The position numbers were made by a program, and so were the translations under genes. DNA of 61,901 nt, counting the filler, from Sandaracinaceae bacterium (GTDB lineage Bacteria > Myxococcota_A > Polyangia > Polyangiales > JADJQN01), in assembly GCA_947483975.1 (NCBI GenBank). It is 13 parts of 13 records of this genome, joined end to end, with 100 filler letters (N's around TTAATTAATTAA, not from the genome) between each part and the next. Parts side by side here need not be neighbours in the genome. Positions count along the whole stretch, not along the records: positions 19,322 to 24,032 come from CANKOL010000399.1; positions 24,133 to 28,840 come from CANKOL010000400.1; positions 28,941 to 33,601 come from CANKOL010000402.1; positions 33,702 to 38,362 come from CANKOL010000403.1; 9 more parts are not named here. One strand, 5' to 3'. Of the stretch, positions 20,350-34,174 are shown piece after piece. The notes beneath the pieces are model-generated. The model made no database searches and was not told the origin of the DNA. It was given only the letters and a program-made list of their open reading frames with translations. The first letter of the stretch is position 1. The number at the start of each line of letters is the position of its first letter.

Positions 20350-20948
20350 CCACGCGAGAGACCCAGATGTCCGACCACGTCGACGACGAGAAGCTGCAGC
20401 GTTACTTCGACGGCGAGACGAGCCCCGGCGAGACGACGCTCGTGCGCCGACACCTCGCCGAGTGCCGCGTCTGCGCTCGCTCGCTCGCGAGTCTCGAGCG
20501 CCTGCACGCGCTCTTCGCGGACGCGGCAGACGCAGACGTGGACGCCGCCGCGCCGGAGCTCGAGGCGATGTTCGAGAAGGTGCGCGCGGGCATCGAGAAG
20601 CAGGGCAAGGCGGGCTTCGGTGAGCGCCTGCGCGTGCTCGTCAGCGAGACGGTCGAGCACAAGAAGCACGTCTGGATTCCGGCGCTGACGATGGCGGCTG
20701 CGGCGGTCGTCGCGCTCGCGGTGCTCGTCGGCAAGGGCGGTCCGGTCGAGGCGCCGCCGGGCGCGATGGCGCTGCGCACCGGGCAAGAGCCCGTGCAGGC
20801 GGTGGCCGATGCGCGGGGCTCCGAGGTGCTGTCGGCGGACTTCGCGGCAGGCGCCGCGGGGACGGTCTTCACGCTGGAGGGCACCGCGGGTGAGGCGCCC
20901 GTCGCCGTCGTCTGGATCACCGACGAAGCGCCGGTGCAGGCGCCATGA
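20346..20948 (+). CDS. zinc-binding (ZAS/zf-HC2) transmembrane anti-sigma factor
   Basis: HLAECRVC (HxxxCxxC), one TM helix, ATGA overlap with the sigma gene. Confidence 0.88.
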   Translation: MTTRETQMSDHVDDEKLQRYFDGETSPGETTLVRRHLAECRVCARSLASLERLHALFADAADADVDAAAPELEAMFEKVRAGIEKQGKAGFGERLRVLVSETVEHKKHVWIPALTMAAAAVVALAVLVGKGGPVEAPPGAMALRTGQEPVQAVADARGSEVLSADFAAGAAGTVFTLEGTAGEAPVAVVWITDEAPVQAP

Positions 20949-21616
20949 GGCTCCGCGGGCGCACGCTCCCTCGGCTCGCGGCGGCGCTCCTCGCGAGCGC
21001 GTGCGTCGGGTTGGGCGCCCTCTTCGGCGGTGCGGCGTCCGCGCGCGCGCAGGATCAGACGGGCGAGGTGCTCGTCGTGCTCGCCTCGGAGCAGCCGGGC
21101 GTCGTCGACGCGAACCTCGCGCAGGAGCCCGCGCTCCGGCAGCCGCCGTTCAACACCTTCCGGACGATGCGCCTGCTCGAGCGGCATCCGGTGCGGGTCT
21201 CGACGACGCGGCCGATGATCGTCGCGCTGCCGAACGGCCGCAATTTGCAGATCGCCCTCGTCCGGATGCTGCCGAACGGCCGCCTGCAGGTGCGCGTCTC
21301 GATCAACCGCCCCGACAAGAACGACTACCTGCAGGGCGTCGTCGTCGAGACCTCGCCGGGTGTGCCGTTCTTCATCGCGGGGCAGGCGTACCAAGGCGGC
21401 ACGCTCGTCATCGGGGTGCGTGTCGGGCTGCGGATGCCGCCGGGCGTGCACGTCGGGCCGATCGTCCCGCGCCCCGTCGGACCGGGCGCCTTCGGCCTGC
21501 CGCGCTACGCGCCTCCGCCGAGCGGCGTGCAGGTCGTGCCGCCTCCGCAGGGCGGCGTGCGCGTGGTGCCGCCTCCGCAGGGCACCGTGCGCGTCAACGT
21601 CCGACCGCCGACCTGA
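20945..21616 (+). CDS. secreted hypothetical protein, third gene of the ECF operon
   Basis: Signal peptide ending ARA-Q; ATGA overlap; C-terminal VVPPPQG repeats. Confidence 0.75.
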   Translation: MRLRGRTLPRLAAALLASACVGLGALFGGAASARAQDQTGEVLVVLASEQPGVVDANLAQEPALRQPPFNTFRTMRLLERHPVRVSTTRPMIVALPNGRNLQIALVRMLPNGRLQVRVSINRPDKNDYLQGVVVETSPGVPFFIAGQAYQGGTLVIGVRVGLRMPPGVHVGPIVPRPVGPGAFGLPRYAPPPSGVQVVPPPQGGVRVVPPPQGTVRVNVRPPT

Positions 21617-21622
21617 CGCGGC

Positions 21623-21988
21623 TCACGCCGAGGCCGTGCGCGGCATACGGCGATAGCCGACCGCGACGAGCAAGGCGACGAGCATCAGCAGGCTGAAGCC
21701 GAGCGTGCCCGGGCGCGTCGACTCGCCGAGGCCGGTCATCACGATCAGCGCGAGGTCCGGGCTGTGGGACCACTCGGGGTTGGACGGGATCTTCGTGAAC
21801 ACGGCGCCGAGATCGGAGACGACGCCCGTCAGCGTCGCGAAGAGCGTCGCCGCGCTCATCCACTGGATGAAGCCGAGCTTATGCGCCTCGGGGCGCGCCA
21901 TGAAGAGCCCCGCCGCGACGAGCGCGACGACGCCGAGCACCAGCACGAACACCATCGGAACGCCGCCCTCGAGCATGAATTGCAGCAT
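21623..21988 (-). CDS. small MotA/TolQ/ExbB-like membrane protein (121 aa, 3 TM)
   Basis: N-terminal FMLEGGVPM; three hydrophobic helices; GLGES motif resembling ExbB GIxEAL; RBS GAGGAG. Confidence 0.7.
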   Translation of the reverse strand: MLQFMLEGGVPMVFVLVLGVVALVAAGLFMARPEAHKLGFIQWMSAATLFATLTGVVSDLGAVFTKIPSNPEWSHSPDLALIVMTGLGESTRPGTLGFSLLMLVALLVAVGYRRMPRTASA

Positions 21989-22035
21989 CGCGTCACTCTC
22001 CTCGGCGACCCCGTTGCGGCGTCGCTCGACCAGGA

Positions 22036-22061
22036 CAACGCGCGAGCCTCGGCCGCGTGAC
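22036..22061 (-). promoter_or_regulatory. putative ECF promoter for the ExbB-like gene
   Basis: Minus strand GTCAC-N16-CGTTG, same architecture as the plus-strand copy. Confidence 0.65.
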
Positions 22062-22097
22062 GGCGAAACGCGAACATTTCTGCGCGTCGTTTTTCTT

Positions 22098-22123
22098 GTC
22101 ACGCGCGCCCGCGCCGGGCGTTG
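22098..22123 (+). promoter_or_regulatory. putative ECF autoregulatory promoter
   Basis: GTCAC-N16-CGTTG ending 10 nt before the sigma ATG at 22134. Confidence 0.65.
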
Positions 22124-22133
22124 ATGCGCTTGC

Positions 22134-22759
<626 letters not shown>

Positions 22760-22763
<4 letters not shown>

Positions 22764-23425
22764 GCTCAAACGAAGTGGACTCCCCGCGCGAGCCGTCGCG
22801 CGCCCAGGAAGAAGACGCCGTGCTCCTCGCGCAGCTCGCTGCGCTGCCGGTGCACGATGTCGCGCCCGACGCGGCGAACCGCATCGCCCGCACCGCCCGC
22901 GCGGCCTTCGCCGACAGCGCCTCCGCGCCCGGCTGGCTCGGCGCCGTCGAGCGCTTCTACGCGCGCTTCGTCGAGGTGCCGCTCGTGCTCGGGGCGTGCG
23001 CCGTGTATCTCGTCTGGGCGGGCGCGGCGCTCCATACGACGGGCTTCGCCGCGGCTGAGCGCGCGATGGAGGCGACCGCTCAGCGTCCGGCAGCTCAGCG
23101 CGTCGGGCGTTGCGCGAGGAGCTCAGGCACCGTCAGCAGCGCGCGCAGCCTGATCACCTCGCCGGCGGGGAGCGCCCGCGCCGTGCCGACGGAGAGCGCG
23201 AGCAGCGTGATCTTCGAGGTGTGCTCGATGACCTCGAGCCGCGCGAGCGCGTCGGCGAGGTCGCTGCCGAGCGCGACGGGCCCGTGTCGCTCGAGCACGA
23301 AGGCGAGCGAGTCTTTCGCGTGCTCGAGCACGCCCGCGGGCACGTCGACGCTGGTCGGCATCGCGTACGGCACGAGCGGGCAGCCGCCGCCGAACGCGAG
23401 CACAGCCTCGGGCACGACGGGCTGA
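22760..23425 (+). CDS. putative single-TM anti-sigma factor; convincing coding part ends near 23100
   Basis: ATGA-coupled to the sigma gene; TM helix VPLVLGACAVYLVWAGAAL. The distal part overlaps the antisense aldolase gene. Confidence 0.6.
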
Positions 23426-23808
23426 TCGAGCGAGATCCCCGCGACCGAGAGCGCGACGGTGTACGGCGAGTGCGCGTGCACGACCGCCCCGACCGCAGGA
23501 TGTGCAGCGTAGAGCGCGAGATGCAGCCGCACCTCGCTCGAGGCGTGCTGCTTCGCGGACACGGGCACGCCGTCGCTCGCGCGGAGCTTGACGATCTGCG
23601 AGGGCACGAGCCGCCCCTTGTGCACCATCGTCGGCGTGCAGAGCAGGTGCGTCGGAGAGAGCCGCACGGACACATTGCCGTCGCCCGGCGCGCCGTGCCC
23701 GCGGTCGTAGAGATGTCGCATCACCTCGCAGACCTCGCGGCGGAGCGCGGCCTCTCTGCGGGTTGCGGGGGAGGTGCGCGCCGTGCGGGTGCTGGCTGCT
23801 TTGGCCAT
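23095..23808 (-). CDS. class II aldolase/adducin family protein
   Basis: GNVSVR, SSEVRLH, HAHSPY and ERHG Zn-binding motifs. Confidence 0.9.
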   Translation of the reverse strand: MAKAASTRTARTSPATRREAALRREVCEVMRHLYDRGHGAPGDGNVSVRLSPTHLLCTPTMVHKGRLVPSQIVKLRASDGVPVSAKQHASSEVRLHLALYAAHPAVGAVVHAHSPYTVALSVAGISLDQPVVPEAVLAFGGGCPLVPYAMPTSVDVPAGVLEHAKDSLAFVLERHGPVALGSDLADALARLEVIEHTSKITLLALSVGTARALPAGEVIRLRALLTVPELLAQRPTR

Positions 23809-23924
23809 CGTGCTCCGAGGTTAACAGATCGCGCGCCGCCGGCGCGGAACTCTGCGGAGACCGCGTTGTCGAAAAGCCCACGCCGATGCCGCACTCACGC
23901 CTGCCACTGACCGACCCGCGCCGA

Positions 23925-24032
23925 ATGGGTCGTCCCGCTGCCCAGCGCCGCGCCGCCGTGCTGCCCGCCGCGCTGCCGTTCCTCGGCGCCGTGCTCTTCT
24001 GCGCGGCGGCGCTGCCCTGCGCGGCAGTTCCG
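23925..24032 (+). CDS. secreted protein, N-terminal fragment
   Basis: Signal-peptide-like start, cut by the linker. Confidence 0.35.
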
Positions 24033-24132
24033 NNNNNNNNNNNNNNNNNNNNNNNNNNNNNNNNNNNNNNNNNNNNTTAATTAATTAANNNNNNNNNNNN
24101 NNNNNNNNNNNNNNNNNNNNNNNNNNNNNNNN
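24033..24132. other. artificial contig linker
   Basis: N44-TTAATTAATTAA-N44. Confidence 0.99.
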
Positions 24133-24358
24133 CGCGCTCTTGCCGGGCGTCCGCGCCTGTGCGGGCGACCAAGTCGGCCTCGCGACCGCGACGGTCGCGC
24201 TCAAGTCCGATGGCACCGTGGTGAGCGCGTCGGTCGCCGGCGTGCCGTTCGGCGGGACACCTCAGGGGGCCTGCATGGAGGGCGTGATTCGCCGTGCGCG
24301 CTTCTCGCCGTTCACCGCGACCACGTTCCGCTTCACCTATCCGCTCGCGATTCGCTAG
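24133..24358 (+). CDS. C-terminal TonB_C/AgmX-like domain, 5' partial
   Basis: VRAC...GTVVSASV...GACMEGVIRRARF..F..TYP pattern typical of myxobacterial TonB-C-like domains. Confidence 0.65.
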
Positions 24359-24403
24359 CTTTCTCGCGTGCCCCGCGCGGCCTCGCGTGCCATTGAGCCG
24401 TCG

Positions 24404-24991
24404 ATGCGCCGCGCGATGCCGTTCGCTCTGATCGTGGTCACGGTCCTGGGGCTCGGGTGCGGGCCGGCCGCCGTCCCGCTGCGACTCCAGACCCTGCCCG
24501 ACGTCGCGTCGGCCCGCCAAGGAGCGATCCACGGCCTCGGGCGGGCGCTCTTCGCAGCGCTCCGTGAGGGTGAGCCGGAGCGCGTCTTGGTCGATGACCT
24601 GGTGCTGCGGTCGCTGCTCGACAGCGCGGGCGCGAGCCGGACGAACGCCATCCGGCAGATGGCTGGCCCCGGGCTGCGAGCGAGCGGGAACGCCCTCGCG
24701 CTCTCGCTCCGCGGCGCGACGTACGTCGGCGTCTGCCTCCAAGAGTCGAGCGTGCAGGGGCCCGGCGGCGCTCTCGGGCTCGGCGCGGACGCGTGGGTCG
24801 TCGAGCGTGTCTTCCTCGTCGCGCAGCACCCGCGCGGCGGGCGCCTCGGGGGGTGGGTGGAGGGGAGCTTCGTGTTCACGAGCCACGGCTTCGGCGCCAT
24901 CGCGCTCGACAGCGCCGAGCCCCTGCGGCCGGCGCACAGCGACCTCGAGCTCGCCTCCTGCGAGATGGCCGCCGGGCTCGACGACCTCTAG
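24404..24991 (+). CDS. hypothetical lipoprotein
   Basis: MRRAMPFALIVVTVLGLGC lipobox; start uncertain. Confidence 0.65.
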   Translation: MRRAMPFALIVVTVLGLGCGPAAVPLRLQTLPDVASARQGAIHGLGRALFAALREGEPERVLVDDLVLRSLLDSAGASRTNAIRQMAGPGLRASGNALALSLRGATYVGVCLQESSVQGPGGALGLGADAWVVERVFLVAQHPRGGRLGGWVEGSFVFTSHGFGAIALDSAEPLRPAHSDLELASCEMAAGLDDL

Positions 24992-25034
24992 GTCTCCGCT
25001 CGGTGCGGATTCGGCACGCCCGTCCGCGCCCCAA

Positions 25035-25083
25035 CCACAAGATGTAGTGGTGGTCACGGGCTGCATCGCACAGGATGCTGCGG
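25035..25083. promoter_or_regulatory. NrdR box (25035-25050) plus degenerate second box (25068-25083) upstream of smc
   Basis: CCACAAGATGTAGTGG versus consensus acaCwAtATaTwGtgt; second site GCACAGGATGCTGCGG offset by 33 bp. Confidence 0.65.
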
Positions 25084-25135
25084 GAAAGCCGTTGCCTAAC
25101 GCGTACCTCGATGTTACGAGTCGGGCCGGCGCGCC

Positions 25136-28741
<3,606 letters not shown>

Positions 28742-28840
28742 GCTCCTCGCGCCCGCCTGAGCCGCCGCGCTTGCGGCCTCCACCGAGCGGCCGGCCGCCG
28801 CCGCCGCCGCAGCGTCCGTCTGTCGCGCTGCCGCCGCAGC

Positions 28841-28940
28841 NNNNNNNNNNNNNNNNNNNNNNNNNNNNNNNNNNNNNNNNNNNNTTAATTAATTAANNNN
28901 NNNNNNNNNNNNNNNNNNNNNNNNNNNNNNNNNNNNNNNN
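28841..28940. other. artificial contig linker
   Basis: N44-TTAATTAATTAA-N44. Confidence 0.99.
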
Positions 28941-28942
28941 CG

Positions 28943-29059
28943 CTCGTCGCGAGCGTCGAGCCGTGGGTCGCCGCGCTCGTCGCCGGGCTGCTGATGCACG
29001 TCGTTTTGCACGACGCGCACCGGCACGGCCCCGTCCCGCCCGCGCCCCCCGCTGCTTGA
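28943..29059 (+). CDS. membrane protein, C-terminal fragment
   Basis: LVASVEPWVAALVAGLLMHVVLHD...*, open from the contig edge. Confidence 0.4.
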   Translation, partial: LVASVEPWVAALVAGLLMHVVLHDAHRHGPVPPAPPAA

Positions 29060-29084
29060 CAGCCCGCGCACGCCCCCCTATCGA
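29056..29084 (+). promoter_or_regulatory. putative hrcA promoter
   Basis: TTGACA-N17-TATCGA ending 6 nt before GTG. Also resembles an RpoH-type CTTGAC..CCCCCTAT promoter. Confidence 0.55.
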
Positions 29085-29090
29085 ACTCAG

Positions 29091-30170
29091 GTGACGGCTG
29101 AGCTCGGCTACCGCGCGCGCAAGATCCTCTACGCGGCGATCACGGAGTACATCGCGACGGGAGAGCCCGTCGGCTCTCGCACGCTCGCGCGCCGCTATGG
29201 CCTCGCGCTCTCGCCCGCGACGATCCGCAACGAGCTCGCCGATCTCGAGGAGGCCGGCTACCTCGCGCAGCCGCACACCAGCGCGGGCCGCGTCCCGACC
29301 GATCGCGGCTTTCGCACCTTCGTGGACGCGCTCGTGCAGCTCCGCGAGGTGACCACCGAGGACCGCTCGGCGATCGTCACGCGCATGCAGAAGCTCCGCC
29401 CGGGCGTCGACGACGTGATGCGCGAGGCGGGCAAGCTGCTCTCGACGATGACGGGCTCCGCCGCGGTCGTCGTCGCGCCTCGCCCCGACGAGGAGCGCCT
29501 CGCGCAGATCCGCTTCATGCCGCTCGGCGGCGGGCAGCTGCTCGCGGTGCTGATCACGCGCGCGGGCACCGTGCAGAACCGCGTCGTGCAGGTCGCGCGG
29601 GAGCCCGACGCGAGCGAGCTCGAGCGCGCGCACAACTACCTCGCGGAGCTGCTCGCGGTCGGGCGCTCGCTCGAGGAGCTGCGGCAGGCGATCGCCGACG
29701 AGGTGGCGTCGACGCGCGGGCGCTACGACAGCGAGAAGCTGCGGGTGAAGGAGCTCGTCGACGCCGCCGTCGCCAAGCCGCGAGACGAGGCGCGCGAGGG
29801 CGTGATCGTCGAGGGTCAGGGGCTCCTGCTCGACCGCCCGGAGTTCGCGGACGTCGAGAAGCTGCGCGGGCTCGTCCACACCTTCGAGGACAAAGAGCGC
29901 CTGCTCGAGCTGCTCGATCGCACGCTCGGCTCAGGGGGGCTGCAGGTGATGATCGGCAAGGAGACGCGGCTCGGCGAGGGCGTCGACGACCTCTCCGTCG
30001 TGTCGGCGACCTACCGCCAGGCGGGGCACGCCTCGGGGACGGTCGGCGTGATCGGCCCGACGCGCATGGACTACGGCAAGATCGTGCCGCTCGTCGGCTT
30101 CACCGCGCGGGTCGTCGGCGAGCTGCTCGACGGTCTCGAAGTAGGAAAGTCCGACGAAACTCGGCGTTGA
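29091..30170 (+). CDS. hrcA: heat-inducible transcription repressor HrcA
   Basis: EPVGSRTL, SPATIRNELADLE, PHTSAGRVPT, GVIGPTRMDY. Confidence 0.96.
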   Translation: MTAELGYRARKILYAAITEYIATGEPVGSRTLARRYGLALSPATIRNELADLEEAGYLAQPHTSAGRVPTDRGFRTFVDALVQLREVTTEDRSAIVTRMQKLRPGVDDVMREAGKLLSTMTGSAAVVVAPRPDEERLAQIRFMPLGGGQLLAVLITRAGTVQNRVVQVAREPDASELERAHNYLAELLAVGRSLEELRQAIADEVASTRGRYDSEKLRVKELVDAAVAKPRDEAREGVIVEGQGLLLDRPEFADVEKLRGLVHTFEDKERLLELLDRTLGSGGLQVMIGKETRLGEGVDDLSVVSATYRQAGHASGTVGVIGPTRMDYGKIVPLVGFTARVVGELLDGLEVGKSDETRR

Positions 30171-30262
30171 GCCGCGCGCCGGCCTGCACGCGGGAGAATT
30201 CGCGGGCGGCAAGTTGTCCAGGGTCCGCCGGGTGACTATCCTCGGCGCGCCACGCGTTTGCC

Positions 30263-30838
30263 GTGGCTGAGAGGCACCCAGTGAGCGGATCCAGCGCAGA
30301 CGACGGAGAGAGCCGGACGGACGAGCCCGAGGCGCCGGTGTTCGAGGCCGTGCCCGAGGAGCCAGCACCACCGAGCCCGCTCGCGCTGATGACGGCGGAG
30401 CGCGACAAGCTCCGGGACCAGCTCCTGCGCACGGCGGCGGACTTCGACAATTACCGCAAGCGCTCGCGCAAGGACGCCGACGAAGCGGTGCGCCGCGGGC
30501 GTGAGGACACGCTCCGTGAGCTGCTCCCGGTCGCCGACAACCTCGAGCGCGCGCTCGGCGCGGCGAACCAGTCGGCCGAGGGCGACGGCGTCATCGAGGG
30601 CGTCCGCATGGTGCACAAGCTCTTCCTCGACAGCCTCGAGCGCGTCGGCTGCGCCCGCGTGCCGAGCGTCGGCGAGCGCTTCGATCCCGCCGTTCACGAG
30701 GCGATCCAGCAGGTCGAGACGGACGAGCAGCCGCCCGGGACGGTCGTCGCGGAGCTCGTGCCGGGCTATCGCATCGGCGACAAGCTCATCCGCGCGGCGA
30801 TGGTCGCGGTCGCCAAGGCGAAGCCCGCGGCCGACTGA
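30263..30838 (+). CDS. grpE: nucleotide exchange factor GrpE
   Basis: LRTAADFDNYRKR, LLPVADNLERAL, FDPAVHEAI, GYRIGDKLIRAAMVAV. Upstream TTGTCC-N17-TATCCT. Confidence 0.95.
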   Translation: MAERHPVSGSSADDGESRTDEPEAPVFEAVPEEPAPPSPLALMTAERDKLRDQLLRTAADFDNYRKRSRKDADEAVRRGREDTLRELLPVADNLERALGAANQSAEGDGVIEGVRMVHKLFLDSLERVGCARVPSVGERFDPAVHEAIQQVETDEQPPGTVVAELVPGYRIGDKLIRAAMVAVAKAKPAAD

Positions 30839-30887
30839 ATCACTCTGCCCGCAACTCGCGGAGCGTTGTCGGCTATAGTCCGACGCC

Positions 30888-32714
30888 ATGAGCAAGGTGA
30901 TTGGGATCGATCTCGGCACGACGAACTCGTGCGTTGCGGTCCTCGAAAACGGCGAGCCGGTCGTCATTCCGAACCCCGAGGGCAGCCGCACCACTCCGTC
31001 CATCGTGGGCTTCACCCAGAACGGCGAGCGGCTCGTCGGGCAGGTCGCGAAGCGGCAGGCGGTGACGAACCCGGAGCACACGATCTTCGCGGTCAAGCGG
31101 CTGATGGGGCGCGCCTACGACTCGGAAGAGGCGCGCATGCAGGCCAAGCACGCGAGCTATCGCATCGTGCAGGCGCTCAACGGGGACTCGTGGGTCGCGG
31201 CGCGCGGCAAGGAGTACTCGCCGCCCGAGATCAGCGCGATGATCCTCGAGAAGATGCGCCTGACCGCGGAGGCGTACCTCGGCGAGAAGATCACCGAGGC
31301 CGTCGTCACCGTCCCCGCGTACTTCGACGACGCGCAGCGACAGGCGACCAAGGACGCGGGCCGCATCGCGGGCCTCGACATCAAGCGCATCCTCAACGAG
31401 CCGACCGCGGCGGCGCTCGCGTACGGCCTCGACAAGAAGACCAAAGGCGGCGAGCGCATCGCCGTGTACGACCTCGGCGGCGGCACGCTCGACGTCTCGA
31501 TCCTCGAGCTGAGCGGCACCGGCGTCTTCCGCGTGATCTCGACGGCGGGCGACACTTACCTCGGCGGCGAGGACTTCGATCAGCTCCTCGTGCAGTGGCT
31601 CGCCGACGGCTTCAAGGCGGAGCACGACATCGACCTGATGCAGGACCGCATGGCCCTGCAGCGCCTGAAAGAGCAGGCCGAGAAGGCGAAGCACGAGCTG
31701 TCTTCGTCGCTCGAGACCGAGGTCAATCTGCCCTTCATCGCGGCGAACGCGACGGGGCCGAAGCACCTCGTGCTGACGATCAAGCGCAACGACCTCGAGT
31801 CGCTCGTCGAGCCGCTGATCGACCGCACGCTCGAGCCCTGCAAGCGCGCGCTCGCGGACGCCGGGCTGAAGATCACCGACATCAACGAGGTCATCCTCGT
31901 CGGCGGCATGACGCGGATGCCGCTCGTGCAGCGGCGCGTCGCGGAGTTCTTCGGGCGGCAGCCGCACAAGGGCGTGAACCCCGACGAGGTCGTCGCGGCG
32001 GGCGCGGCGATTCAAGCGGCCGCGATCACCGGGCAGATCGAGGAGGTGCTGCTCCTCGACGTCACGCCGCTCTCGCTCGGCGTCGAGGTCGGCGGCGGCG
32101 TCTTCTACCGGCTGCTCGAGCGCAACACGACGATCCCCACCCAGAAGAAGGAGATCTTCACGACCTCCCTCGACAACCAGTCGTTCGTGCCCATCCACGT
32201 GCTCCAGGGCGAGCGCGAGATGGCCGCCGACAACAAGACGCTCGCGCAGTTCGAGCTCGCGTCGATCCCGCCGGCGCCGCGCGGCGTCCCGCAGATCGAG
32301 GTCTCCTTCGAGATCGACGCGAACGGCATCGTGCACGTCAAGGCGCGCGATATGGGCACGGGGCGCGAGCAGTCCGTGCGCGTCGTCGCCTCGAGCGGCC
32401 TCACGCAGGAGCAGGTCGACGCGCTCGTCGCCGACTCGGAGAAATTCCGCGGCGCCGACGAGAAGCGCAAGGAGCTCGCGGAGCTCCGCAACCAGGCAGA
32501 CGCGCTCCTCTACACGAGCGAGCGCGCGGCCGACGAGTGCAAGGACTTCGTCGCGCCCGAGGTCACCGAGCGCGTGCTCGCGGCGGCGAAGGCGCTGCGC
32601 GACGAGCTGGGCGGCGCGGGCGACGCGCTCTCGATCAAGGAGCACCTGCAGGCGCTCGAGGTCGCGGCGTACAAGATCGCCGAGTCGATGTACGGCACCC
32701 CGCCGGCGAGCTGA
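30888..32714 (+). CDS. dnaK: molecular chaperone DnaK (Hsp70)
   Basis: [37 protein letters not shown]. Confidence 0.97.
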   Translation: MSKVIGIDLGTTNSCVAVLENGEPVVIPNPEGSRTTPSIVGFTQNGERLVGQVAKRQAVTNPEHTIFAVKRLMGRAYDSEEARMQAKHASYRIVQALNGDSWVAARGKEYSPPEISAMILEKMRLTAEAYLGEKITEAVVTVPAYFDDAQRQATKDAGRIAGLDIKRILNEPTAAALAYGLDKKTKGGERIAVYDLGGGTLDVSILELSGTGVFRVISTAGDTYLGGEDFDQLLVQWLADGFKAEHDIDLMQDRMALQRLKEQAEKAKHELSSSLETEVNLPFIAANATGPKHLVLTIKRNDLESLVEPLIDRTLEPCKRALADAGLKITDINEVILVGGMTRMPLVQRRVAEFFGRQPHKGVNPDEVVAAGAAIQAAAITGQIEEVLLLDVTPLSLGVEVGGGVFYRLLERNTTIPTQKKEIFTTSLDNQSFVPIHVLQGEREMAADNKTLAQFELASIPPAPRGVPQIEVSFEIDANGIVHVKARDMGTGREQSVRVVASSGLTQEQVDALVADSEKFRGADEKRKELAELRNQADALLYTSERAADECKDFVAPEVTERVLAAAKALRDELGGAGDALSIKEHLQALEVAAYKIAESMYGTPPAS

Positions 32715-32824
32715 CGCTCGGCCTCCCGCCGGCGACCTGACGGTAGGCCCACGAGCTGAGCCGGAGCCGAGGCGAAGAGCGGAGTCCCCTCGCCTCCGTG
32801 GACCCTGGCGTCACCCGGCTTGGG

Positions 32825-33499
32825 CTAGGGCGTGTCGGTGCCCGTCTGCATGCGCGTCTCGTCGCGGATGAGCTGCACCGTCGCGGCGTCTGCGGCGGTG
32901 AGCTCGATCGTCCCGCCCGCGCCCGCCCGCGCGTCGACGCCGCGAACGTAGAGCGGGCAGCTCGACACGGCGGCGTAGGCGCGCGTCCGCGCGTAGGCGA
33001 GGTGGCAGCGGATGCGCGCGAGCACGGCGTCCGCGGGCGCGTCCGGCGCGAAGTGCATGCGCACGCCGCCCGCGATGTTGACGACCTCCGTGACGCCCGA
33101 GAGCAGCGGGCAGGCGGCGCGCGTCTCGGGCGGAAACGCCCGGCACTCGACGGCCTCGAAGTGCCGCAGGCTGTCTGCGGCGGCCTCGTGCTGCGCGGCG
33201 TGCGCGCGATGCTCGGCGGCTTCATCGCGGTGCTCGGCCGTCGGGTTGAAGGTGCGCTCGTGGGGGACGCCGTCGAGCTCGGCCTGATTGTGCGGGGTCG
33301 GAGTCACGAGCACGGCGGTGTCGTGCGGGTCGTACTCGGCCGCGGCACGCTGCGCGGCCGCCTGCTCCGCCTGGGACGCGCGCTCGTGCGCGCTGGCGCT
33401 CATGTCGTCAGGCCGCGCGCCCGACGCGCCGCCGCCGCAGCCCATGACGAGGGCCACCGCCGCCAAGGTGATCGCCGCCGCGTGTTCGAGGTTTCGCAT
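32825..33499 (-). CDS. hypothetical lipoprotein
   Basis: Lipobox VMGC; His/Ala-rich helix; four further Cys; sigma54 site upstream. Confidence 0.75.
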   Translation of the reverse strand: MRNLEHAAAITLAAVALVMGCGGGASGARPDDMSASAHERASQAEQAAAQRAAAEYDPHDTAVLVTPTPHNQAELDGVPHERTFNPTAEHRDEAAEHRAHAAQHEAAADSLRHFEAVECRAFPPETRAACPLLSGVTEVVNIAGGVRMHFAPDAPADAVLARIRCHLAYARTRAYAAVSSCPLYVRGVDARAGAGGTIELTAADAATVQLIRDETRMQTGTDTP

Positions 33500-33541
33500 G
33501 GTCGCGCTCGCTTCCTTCGAGGTAGGCCTGAGCGAACGTGG

Positions 33542-33557
33542 AGCAAAGGTCGCGCCA
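33542..33557 (-). promoter_or_regulatory. sigma54 promoter
   Basis: Minus strand TGGCGCG-ACCT-TTGCT. Confidence 0.65.
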
Positions 33558-33601
33558 CGTGGGGCGCACCACGCCCGCGCGGGCTCCGTCGGCGGAGCGA
33601 C

Positions 33602-33701
33602 NNNNNNNNNNNNNNNNNNNNNNNNNNNNNNNNNNNNNNNNNNNNTTAATTAATTAANNNNNNNNNNNNNNNNNNNNNNNNNNNNNNNNNNNNNNNNNNN
33701 N
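33602..33701. other. artificial contig linker
   Basis: N44-TTAATTAATTAA-N44. Confidence 0.99.
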
Positions 33702-34141
33702 CGCCCGTGCCCGTCGCGGCGCTCCCCCCCGCAGCCGAGGCGGCACCCACGGCGAGCGCGCCGCGCAAGCTCGTGCTGCTGATCGACGACGAGGCGTTCC
33801 TGCTGAAGATCCTCGCGCGCTTCATCGGGCGCCACCACCGCGTCACGACCGCCTCCTCTGCGGACGACGCGCTGCGCCTCGTGCGGGACGGCGCGAGCCC
33901 CGACCTCGTCCTCTGCGATCTCGTGATGCCGGGCAAGAGCGGCGCCGACTTCTACCTCGCGCTGCAGCGCGAGCGCCCGGACCTCGCGGAGCGAGTGACC
34001 TTCATGTCGGGCGGCGGCACGGACGAGAAGCTGCACGACTTCGCGAGCAAGGTCGGGCGCCCGAGGCTGCAAAAGCCGCTCGAGCCAGACGCGCTGCTCG
34101 TCTATCTCGACGCGCAGCTCGCTCCGCCGTCGAGCGACTGA
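33702..34141 (+). CDS. C-terminal receiver domain, probably of a hybrid histidine kinase; 5' partial
   Basis: LLIDDE, LCDLVMP, FMSG, LQKP. Confidence 0.85.
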
Positions 34142-34174
34142 CGCGCCCCTGCGCGACGCCGCGCGGCGCCGCGC

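Noticed and set aside
32696..32745. Imperfect duplication of the dnaK 3' end (CCCGCCGGCGA.CTGACG) as an att site
   Set aside because: Copies are adjacent, short and GC-rich; no integrase or cargo between them.
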